From the NCBI RefSeq assembly GCF_006345805.1, contig NC_043005.1, forward strand, positions 76,694,001-76,758,000: a DNA stretch of 64,000 nucleotides, read 5' to 3'. Under the pieces are notes generated by a model. That model did not search any database and was not told where the DNA came from. It worked only from the letters and a program-made list of their open reading frames with translations. Source of the DNA: Octopus sinensis. Taxonomy: Eukaryota. The position numbers and the translations under genes are program-made. This document shows positions 55,498-64,000 of this stretch, piece after piece. Position 1 is the stretch's first letter. Every line of letters begins with the position of its first letter.

Positions 55498-55994
55498 TAA
55501 ATGATTATCCAGAACTACATTATCAAATGTACACTTCTGTTCCTTAAGAAGGGTGAGATGTACTTTGAGGGAGATTCAGTTTCTTTTTCTCAGAAGTCGA
55601 GCAAACATGAAAAGTCTCCTTATGACGGGCATGAAATTTAGGTGCTTACTCCCTAAACAAGTAAATGATACATTTACTTTTCAGTGAATACGGTGACGTG
55701 GTGATATACATAAGGAATACCAACGATACATAATAGAAATGAACAATACAGAGTAAAAGGAGTGTACATATAATAGCTGTGTTCATATAATAACGTTGAT
55801 ATATATTTGTGGGTGTGATAGTAATGTCGAGAGACAGTACAAATTGCGTTTGATATTATCCTAGTTTGCTACAACTGATAGTTATATATCACGCATTTCT
55901 ATGCAAAATAGTTGGCCTTATGACCCAGTTACACTGATTTTATCAATGTATAAATAATCCTTTCTTCTATAGGCACGTTGACTAAAATTTAGGG

Positions 55995-56120
55995 AATAGG
56001 GGGACAAGTCGACTACATTGACCCCCAGTGCTCGACTGGAACATTTTTATCGACCCGAAGGATGAAAGGCAATGTTGACCTTGGCGGTATTTGAACGTAA
56101 TGACGGACGAAATGACACTA
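55995..56120 (-). mobile_element. SINE fragment (family of 53494-53908)
   Basis: AAGTCGACTACATTGACCCCCAGTG...TTATCGACCCGAAGGATGAAAGGCAATGTTGACCTTGGCGGTATTTGAAC. Confidence 0.8.
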
Positions 56121-56377
56121 AGTATAACGTTTGTGTCTGCTCGCTGCCATCGTCAATATATAAATAATGATGTCAATAAATCATTAACGAGATGGATTAA
56201 TTCCATTGCTAATAATATTGCTATTGATGTCAAGCTGTGCTTTTCATCATTCTGGGTTCAGTTAAATATTCGAGACGATTTAATCGACTGACATCCCAAC
56301 GACCCAGATATCAAGATTGTGTCGGTATTAGGAGAAATTATTAGTATCATTATTTTTTTCATTATTATTTAGAAATA

Positions 56378-56492
56378 CCAAGGCAGTGAGTCGACAGAAT
56401 CGTTTGCACGTCGGACCAAGTGTTCAGCGATATTTATTCCGGCTCTTTACATGCTGAGGTCAACTTTGCTTTTCATCCTTTCGGGGGGGGGC
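56378..56492 (+). mobile_element. Decayed SINE head and core (family of 53494-53908), plus strand
   Basis: GGCAGTGAGTCGACAGAATCGTTTGCACG...GCTGAGGTCAACTTTGCTTTTCATCCTTTCGGGG. Confidence 0.7.
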
Positions 56493-56727
56493 GTTAAGTA
56501 ATGTAACAGCCTTTTAAATAAAACTTTAATTACAAATACTACTCCTAATCAGACTTTTAACACTTAGACTGCTTCACAATTACGCTGCTGTGAGTTAGAT
56601 TACATTGTGTTACATCTTCACTAAGTCTTGACATAACCTGAGATGACTGCAGCCATATGTGTGAACGTATGTGTACTGGAAACATCCTGGAAGCCTATAG
56701 GATGGACTCACCAGTTTTAGTAGTGAT

Positions 56728-57005
56728 GGTATTGGCTTAGTGGATAGGGATTTTGGGCTCATGACCGTGGCGTAGTGATTATGGGTGTTGGACTCATTAT
56801 CGTAATATTGTAGTTTTTATTCCTGGAACGGACGATGCATTGTGTTCTTGAACAGAACACTTCATTTTAAGTTACTCTAGCCAACTCAGTTGGTAAAAAT
56901 GAGTAAACCAGCAACTAACTCGAGTCTCGTCCATAGGGGGTGGGGTGGGGGGCTATATATGCCACGGAACCCAAGAAACTTGGAAACCGGCCCAATGAGT
57001 CAATA
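56728..57005 (+). mobile_element. Decayed tRNA-derived SINE
   Basis: A-box-like TGGCTTAGTGG and core-like TTGTGTTCTTGAACAGAACACTTCATTT...ACTCAGTTGGTAAAAATGAGTA, similar to the copies at 18150 and 59935. Confidence 0.6.
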
Positions 57006-57133
57006 CGATTCGGGAAGGAGCATAATCCAGTCATTGATCCATCATCTAGGATAACATAACCACCTGGCCATTTGGATGTCCTCAGGAGAGGTTACATGCA
57101 ATCGTGCCAGCTGTTTATTCTGATGATAATTCA

Positions 57134-57221
57134 TAACTTTCTCTTCCTCATATCCCTGTGGCTGCATGTCTTTTGTATACACAGAGACAACAAATAATAT
57201 CTACTTTGTTATTCAGTAGCT
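57134..57221 (+). repeat. About 88-bp dispersed direct repeat, copy 1 (copy 2 at 58882-58969)
   Basis: ATAACTTTCTCTTC.TCATAT.CCTGT.GCTGCATG...TTTGTATACACAGAGACAACAAATAATATC...TTTGTTATT..GTAGCT occurs at both sites. Confidence 0.9.
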
Positions 57222-57685
57222 TTAACAGATCTAATATTATATGCGACGCTCAAACCAAATGTCACAGACAATGACTCGTATCGATGTTTAATCTTTACGA
57301 TCATGCTGTTATGAATAGAACTGTTCATATGAAGCATATATATTTAGAATATATGACCTTTATTGCATAAAATATTTAATAACTATTGCTAATACCATGT
57401 TTTACAAGTTACTCATCATTGGCATAAACCGCTTATAAGCCGGTAATACATTTACCTGGTTGAGAAAAATAACCAGTAGAAGTTTAGTTTTACTGTAAAC
57501 GTTTACACCATTCGCCTGGCAAATACACAACGAATTTGCCAGGCGTAAAATACTAGAATATTAGAACGCTTTGCTGCCCTGAACATTCATGAATACCCAT
57601 ATAGGCTTCTCTACACATTTTTACTATACATTAAACTACATTACATTACAAGTTGTTCGTATCAGTAACTTCTACAATATATATA

Positions 57686-58071
57686 TCTATATATAAAGCT
57701 GACGTTGTCTGTGTATGGCAGGTTTGGTAGCCTTCAACTAACACTATCTCCTCCGAGACCCTGCGGCTCAAGTTGACCAAAATTGAGGGTATGATAGAAG
57801 AAGGCTTGCTTTTCCTTCCGTAGAAGAAAAAATTCAAATCGGACCACGTTAAAACCAAAAATTATTTACATCTAAAAGGTGTTTTTTTTCTATGAAAACC
57901 CCTATTTTTTACGATTTTTTGACTGCTGTCTCGCCATTTTCGGTGTATTTCAACTAGAAATATGTTCACTTAAAGAGAATACAAGCTACATAATGCAAAA
58001 TTTTTACTTTTCAAAAATTCCAATTGTAAAGGATTGAAACAAACCCGAGCAACGCCGGGCGATACTGCTAG
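57686..58071 (+). mobile_element. Non-autonomous Helitron (386 bp)
   Basis: It starts A|TCTATATATAAAG and ends with the subterminal hairpin CCCG-AGCAACGC-CGGG (58044-58059) followed by CTAG|T. It is inserted between A and T with no TSD, as expected for a rolling-circle element. Confidence 0.8.
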
Positions 58072-58203
58072 TATACATATACATGTGTGTGTGTACATGT
58101 TTGAGTGTGTATGTGTGTATATCTGTACTTTATATTTGCAAGAGCATAAACAAAGTACAGAAAAGAAGGGGTTGCGAAAGAGGAAGTTAAAGGCAATCCA
58201 TAC

Positions 58204-58329
58204 CCTTGCTTCTAAGTCAGTAAGTCTGTTACGAACTTCGTTCATATTGCTTTTCAGTTTTACATTTTCTTCTTTGTTGCGAGTAACTTCCATATTTTGT
58301 TTGGTAGCACCGGTACGGAATTCTTGAAC
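58204..58329 (-). CDS. NF70: Neurofilament gene, rod coil 2 exon (VQEFRTGATKQNMEVTRNKEENVKLKSNMNEVRNRLTDLEAR)
   Basis: ttttaacag acceptor and gtatgg donor, 126 nt, phase 0-0. Heptad coiled-coil pattern, in frame with both neighbouring exons. Confidence 0.95.
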
Positions 58330-58881
58330 CTGTTAAAAAGAAAAAAATATAAAAAGCGATGTTAACTATCGATCTGGATTCGATATTAGCAGTTCAAAGT
58401 ATGTTACTTCAGAACAATATAATATATTCTTTAAATATGATATATTAGATTATATACAGTTTAACTAGAAAATGTGATGAAAGTTGATTCTGATAAGAGG
58501 CCTATGGAGAGGTACCTCAGGACTCTACAGAATCGGACTTCCCTCAGATTAGTGGGTGGAGAAGATGGATGGGGGAATGGATACTGTTTAATATGTATCA
58601 GTATTTGTTAATAATCAGACAATCTTTAATTAGAGATGATCCAAATAACGGGAACGCCTTTCCTATATTTTACCAACATAAGAAATTTATATTAATTACT
58701 ATTACAATGTTCAAGTTTCAGCGTAAGAAGGATACAGACAATCCTTTAGAGTTGGTTGTAGTAGAATGTTAAAGCTATTCTACCTTTCATCTAACCTATT
58801 TTCTCAACGATGTGGGGGAATTTACTGTATGGAGTGAGAAAGATTGAGTTATATGCGTTTCCCACTGACTGAACGCAAACA

Positions 58882-58969
58882 ATAACTTTCTCTTCTTCAT
58901 ATTCCTGTTGCTGCATGACTTTGTATACACAGAGACAACAAATAATATCCCCTTTGTTATTAGGTAGCT
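58882..58969 (+). repeat. About 88-bp dispersed direct repeat, copy 2
   Basis: See 57134-57221. Confidence 0.9.
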
Positions 58970-59209
58970 ACAGTTTGAAGTTTAAGTCTTTGTAGCCATA
59001 TCGTAATCGTTATTTAGTATTCATTGAGTCCAGTAGAGTAACTTAATTCTGGTTTACAAGTTCAGACGCTATGAAGAAGTTTATCAATTAAGGTCTTTTG
59101 CAGAACATATTTGTAAATTATTATGAATGAAATGTCAGTGAAAAAGTAAAGGGCTTGATTGAATGTTTACAATCATTTTAAATTTTGGTTTGATAAAAGA
59201 AAGTCTTAC

Positions 59210-59371
59210 TTTGAGATTGTAATATGCTTCCATATCTCCACGCATTTGATCACATTTGGCATCATATTCTTGTTGAATGTCACGAATAGCTTGAGAGAGT
59301 TCGTTCCTCCAGAATTCACGGTTTTCAGCGGTTGTATCTCGGTATGCGAGAGCTGCCAATTCTTTAAGCTC
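59210..59371 (-). CDS. NF70: Neurofilament gene, linker L12/coil 2 exon (ELKELAALAYRDTTAENREFWRNELSQAIRDIQQEYDAKCDQMRGDMEAYYNLK)
   Basis: tttttacag acceptor and gtaaga donor, 162 nt, phase 0-0. The EL.QAIRDI..EYD motif is typical of lamin-like IF rods. Confidence 0.96.
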
Positions 59372-59934
59372 CTGTAAAAATAAACAGCATTCGTTATATT
59401 TAACTATTTGATTTATAGCGAGCTACAGTAAATTATAAAAAAAGTTTTATTGAGAAACCACCCCTAAAAATTTCACCGTTTTCAAACATTTTTGGTGGTT
59501 CATCAGAAATTGATTTTAAATATGAAGAAATATAGATTAGTGAACAGCCCAAATTATATTCTACGCTCATCTTATTAACATCAAGATTGTAATGCTATAT
59601 TGCTTTCAGATGAAGACATCTCTAAAATGGTAGTCAAATATAAATATTTTCAATTGATCCATGTACATACGCCATGCAACACATTTTATTGTCGAATTAT
59701 TTTCACCAGGAAACTTTGTATGTATGCTTTCTAAGGGTCGTCAGGTAGGTAAATCTTGATTTTGACAAAAACGCTTTTTGCTGGGATCTGATATTTTATA
59801 TTGATTTGGGGACTGCACCCATGGCTTCCACAGGCCCGCCAAAGTTTGTGAAACCAATCCAGCTAATGTTTTCCTTGAATCATAGAAGCCTGGTTCTTAA
59901 TGGAAGAATGAACGTAGGATTTTACTAGAAAGTT

Positions 59935-60212
59935 CCCTTCAGATGCACAAGTCCGGGCAAGGTTGTTTGTGGAAGACTAGCAGTCACACATGTATGCCGA
60001 TCTCTACTCCACGTCCCCAATATTGTTCAAAGGGAAAGAAACGGCCGATAAAGCTTGGCATTAGTGACGTCGCAACTCATTCATACAGCTGAGTGAACAG
60101 GAGCAACATGAAATAAAGTAACTTGCTCAACACACAGCCCATTCCGGGAATCGAACTCACAACCTCACGATTGTAACAGCAACCTATAACCACTGAACCG
60201 TGCGTCTTCACT
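59935..60212 (-). mobile_element. tRNA-derived SINE
   Basis: Minus strand GTGAAGACGCACGGTTCAGTGGTTATAGG...GAGTTCGATTCC (A and B boxes), then TTGAGCAAGTTACTTTATTTCATGTTGCTCC core. Confidence 0.8.
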
Positions 60213-60289
60213 ATGGAAGACGTATAGATAAAGTAAGTATTTAGTTTAGGACCTCAAAAGATATAACCTATATATTTGACAAGAGAGAA

Positions 60290-61700
60290 AAGTAGAACAG
60301 TGCGAGACGAGTAAACTGGGTGGAGCCAGCCTTGAGAAGTTCATTGATGTATTGGTAAGAGACAGTGTTAAAACAAAGTGGGCGAACCAAACTTGGTATG
60401 TGTTGGTGAGCTATTTCATACCTATCAGTTGTGCGGCCTGTTTTGTGAAATATTTTGGATGTAGGATGCGTTTCTCTCTAGGTGTAACACCATTCCACTT
60501 GTGGATCCTGATTCAGCTTTACAGAGAGTTAGCAATAGTTAGGATTTGTACAATTTTCTAACATAATATATCAGTGTATGGGCTACAAGTTTTTGATATG
60601 TTTTAGATGTGAGGACGTCTGTGGAAATTCAATTTCTCCCACAGTTTTACTAATTAGTTTTTAGTTAAGTCTTATTGTTCATTTCTTGAGCAGGTATACT
60701 GTCACATACACAGTGATTATGTACCTGCCCTGTTCAAGGAGTCAGTGTTGATACGACCCTGTGAAAAATGTTTTATGGAATTAGCGCAAGTTTATCGTCG
60801 GCGGTAAAAGAGGATGACTTTTATACGACGAATGCCAGACAGGAGCAAGAGGGTTTAGTTTTCGGTGACGGCAAGTAGGTTGTTGATATACAGGAGAAAG
60901 CATGTCACACACCACACTTCAATGATGTGTGTTAAAGCGAGTTCCATCAACACATGGTGTGAGAGTAAAGGCTGACAGCAGAAAGCTTACAATCTTAAAA
61001 ACGATTGACAAAGAAAAGTAATTGTCAAGCATGGTTGAGTGGAACCACATTATTTTCAACTAGATTCTTAGATCTCCAGAGGATTTGGTATAAATGTGGT
61101 CATTCCGGAATGATAGGGAATTCATATGTTGCAGAACTGGAGATCAAGGATTGTTTGCATTATACTGAAAGTGGGACCAATAGGCTGAAAACGTAGTGGA
61201 ATCGTAGATGGTGTCCGTTATGGAAATGGAATGCAATGTAGCATTTTTACAAGTATCAAAAAACATGCCGAGAGAGAAAAGAGAGACAAGTAGAGTCGGA
61301 GAGAGAGAGAGAGAGGGGGGGGGAGAAATTAGTGATAGAGAAAGTGGTAGAAATATAAATGTTTGGAGAAGTTAGGATTTATCTCTTGGGCCCATGATCT
61401 GAGTGTGGTTGAAGGAAGAACGTTAACAGAGTGCGATGCCTTTTTAGCTTGAATTGAGAGATTTTATGACGAGAACAATAGGTTTAGCAGGGTTTTTATT
61501 TAATATATCCCACACGGAGTTCGAAGAAAGGTAACGGCAAATATGGAACATATCTCCGCGTCTCTATTGCTTAGAGAGACATCATGACTTCAAAGGCGTG
61601 GGTAGGAAAATCCTGCAAATTGGTAAAGATAATTTAAGAGAGGGACTAGAATAATCACAATTTAAGAGAAGTGGAGCTTGAGGAATGATGAAATTCCAAG
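60290..61700 (-). mobile_element. Decayed non-LTR retrotransposon ORF2 (CR1/L2/Jockey-group reverse transcriptase remnant), interrupted by (GA)n at about 61270-61325
   Basis: Minus-strand fragments in the expected order: KSSGDL...WFHSTMLDNY, VDG, CFLLYINNLLAVTEN (about 60860-60900), TADD (about 60794-60805), LTLCKA and KQAAQLIG. There are many stops and frameshifts. Confidence 0.65.
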
Positions 61701-61868
61701 ACCAGTGGATGTCCCAAATAAGTGCTTAGAATGTATGTTTATATGCTTCTACAAGTATTGCAAAGAATTCCTAGTATGTACAACACACCCTTAGAAGAAA
61801 CTGAGATAAATCTAATTAATAATCAGAGTTGATTACTAAGATTACTTACAAAGTAAATATTAACATAC

Positions 61869-61964
61869 CTGTGCATGCAAGTCTTTCTGGAATTCAAGCT
61901 CTTCTTCAAGTGTTTGTCTTCTATTTTCAGCGTCTAAGTGGTTGATGGTTTCGTTATTCAAATC
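61869..61964 (-). CDS. NF70: Neurofilament gene, end of coil 1B exon (DLNNETINHLDAENRRQTLEEELEFQKDLHAQ); 5'-most exon in the window
   Basis: gtcattacag acceptor and gtatgt donor, 96 nt, phase 0-0. It has the LEEELEF coil 1B motif. Not in the ORF track. Confidence 0.95.
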
Positions 61965-62124
61965 CTGTAATGACACAATGAAAAAGGAGAGTTCAGCTAC
62001 GGTGCAAAAAATACGAAGCAATACTTCATACAACGGATATAAAAGAAAATTGTTTTAAATAACAGCAAGTTCCGTGGTATCAGTGGTTGTGATGATATAT
62101 TGTTTTGCTCATTAAAGATATGAA

Positions 62125-62330
62125 GTGATGGATCTCCGTCGTTCAAATTGAAGATTCACTTGTCCGGACAACTGAATTACCTCCTCTTGAATCAACGTGT
62201 AAGTGGCTGAGCAATTTCACAGACACGTGTACCCTTGAATACACGTATATTTCGCAGTGTGACAGGTTACTTTTGAATTACAGATACAGCCCATCCGACG
62301 GCCTTTTCTACAGTTTTCTTCTACCCAATT
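62125..62330 (-). mobile_element. Decayed SINE 3' body
   Basis: ACGTGTAAGTGGCTGAGCA...CACAGACACGTGTACCCTT resembles the 3' body of a common octopus SINE as I recall it. No head is visible. Confidence 0.5.
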
Positions 62331-62706
62331 GCTTACAGAAGCCAGTGGCCGATACAGGCTATAAAAAAAAGTGAAAATTTTCCATGATACCTTGCCATAG
62401 GATAGAATTGCGGCCTTACTGCGTTGAAATGGACTTTTTAAACATTCGTCCATACTGCACACATACACACACACGCTCATATTCACACGTACGCGCCCGC
62501 ATCACACAGGCACACTTATATAAACTACTATGTTTAGAGATAATTGAGGTTTGGGGACAGGACGGGTATCCGGTAATAATAGAACTCCCTCAATGAATAA
62601 TGTCTCATCCATGCATACATGGAAACGGAGACGTTAAAACTATACTATATAATAATAATAATAATAATAATAATGATAATAATAATTATAATAATAATAA
62701 TAATAA

Positions 62707-63243
62707 CAGCCCTGGTGCAGTACCAGGCAGTGGCGCTCATGGCTTCTGATCTTAACTGATTGGAAATGTCATCATGTACATTGTTTTGTCTTGGTATAAA
62801 AGATGGGTTACAGCAAATATTCTGCTCAATACCACAGATTTGCTTGTCAGTTGTTTGACCTTAACCAGTTGAGCATGTCCCTTAGTGGCTGACGATATGT
62901 GCATCTCTGATGGGGGAGCATCATAGTCATGTGCTGAGAATTCTTTGGGGTTTGAATTATTCACCTATGGAAACATGGGTGTTTCGTTCAACATCCTTAA
63001 ACAACCCTTATTCAGGGACCTTTTGAGCGGGATGGGTTACTCGACCAGAAGAAAATTCTAACTGGGCACCACCTGCAAGGTCCTGTGCTGTTTATCTTGA
63101 TATAAGATCACTATGTCGCGCACATATGGTTGTGATGCAAGTTCTTAGTGTACTCTTATCAGACGAGTAATCACGATGGGTATACAGGGCTTCGTATATT
63201 TTACCCCAGTGTCATTTTGATGACATGCACTGCTCTCTCACTC
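62707..63243. mobile_element. About 540-bp GC-richer block bounded by (AAT)n on both sides; probable interspersed repeat
   Basis: Sharp boundaries at (AAT)n tracts 62649-62706 and 63244-63290, and higher GC than the flanks. I recall this as a frequent octopus repeat but have not verified it. Confidence 0.5.
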
Positions 63244-63291
<48 letters not shown>

Positions 63292-63477
63292 TTAATATAG
63301 ACGGCCGTATGCAATGTTTTACCATAAAGGAAAACTATAATTGTCACTAAATATGATTAGACAGTTAGAACACTTACGTTGCTAGAAATAAAAGCTAAAA
63401 AGCTCAAATACTGTAGTTAAAGCATATAATTATATATATATGTACTGAGAGGGACTCGTAGACGTCCATAAGCATCG

Positions 63478-63548
63478 GTCGAGAATTCCCTATACTGATC
63501 GGCCAGTTTCAGCTAATTCCGTAGCCTCATCAGTAGGGACCGCTCGAC
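63478..63548 (-). ncRNA. Type I hammerhead ribozyme with extended stem I, on the sense strand of a neurofilament intron
   Basis: Minus strand reads GTCGAG-CGG-TCCCTA-CTGATGA-GGCTA-CGGAAT-TAGCT-GAA-ACTG-GCCGAT-CAGT-A-TAGGGA-ATT-CTCGAC. Core CUGAUGA and GAAA are intact. Stem I is 6 bp, a 3x3 internal loop, then 6 bp. Stem II is 5 bp with a G-U closing pair. Stem III is ACTG/CAGT. The GUA cleavage site is between 63493 and 63492. Confidence 0.88.
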
Positions 63549-64000
63549 TTCAGCTTTTTTCTAGACTTGCATCTCTATCACTACATATGTATTCGCCATA
63601 TGTATAAGGGAAGCTGTACGTATATATTTAAATATATATTCCCATTAAGAAATTTATAGCGAAAAACTATTCAGTACAAGAATTATCAGAAATATCAGCT
63701 AAAAGAAAATTCAAAATGCAGATAATGTCAACAATACTTACACCTATATGATTATTCTTTTGAATGCATAACGCTGAAAGATCTGTTGAATGCAGAGATC
63801 TTTGTGAAATGCTATTCCAAGTTTATTTCACATTTAAATATAGTACTAAGGTTTGAATTATTTGACTTGGTATTATTCATTGTAAAATTTAGAATATTAA
63901 CATAAGAGTTATAGCTATAAATCACCACTGATATACCTTAGATCATACGCACGTGTGCACGACTGCATGTGTACATTAAAAATTAAAATACATATGTGTA

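Noticed and set aside
60352-60561. Plus-strand ORF with ISCAACFVKYFG, resembling a GIY-YIG zinc motif
   Set aside because: The opposite strand carries collinear LINE RT remnants, which explain the region better.
63441-63485. Plus-strand hammerhead-like string CTGAGAG-GGAC...GTCC-ATAA next to the real ribozyme, which would imply ribozymes of both polarities
   Set aside because: Both core segments are non-canonical and there is no stem I or stem III pairing; likely chance.

Overview
AT-rich eukaryotic genomic DNA, dense in (TA)n, (TG)n and (AAT)n microsatellites and tRNA-derived SINEs. It is most likely from a coleoid cephalopod such as Octopus (inferred from the protein and repeat content). 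The window holds the 3' part of one minus-strand cytoplasmic intermediate filament gene that I recognise as the homologue of the squid neurofilament NF60/NF70/NF220 gene; the 5' head and early rod exons lie beyond base 64000. Four shared rod exons (61869-61964, 59210-59371, 58204-58329, 53073-53293) splice in frame with GT-AG boundaries to three alternative 3' ends. The first is a giant 8.65 kb terminal exon (36341-44995) encoding about 2,880 aa of Ser/Glu/Lys/Pro-rich tail with a 69-bp KSP repeat array (NF220/NF-H-like), broken by one 1-bp deletion at about 41666-41669. The second is a short NF60-type end (30956-31068 plus 30026-30099). The third is an NF70-type lamin-tail-domain end (30956-31068, 11078-11211, 10008-10112, 9718-9834, 8412-8450). 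The most unexpected non-coding feature is a near-canonical type I hammerhead ribozyme (63478-63548) on the sense strand of a neurofilament intron. A second, degenerate hammerhead lies in a Penelope-like direct-plus-inverted repeat structure at 15-568. A small Helitron, a decayed LINE reverse transcriptase and many SINEs are also present. Most short ORFs in the supplied track are microsatellite or antisense artefacts. All calls were made by eye, with no database searches.
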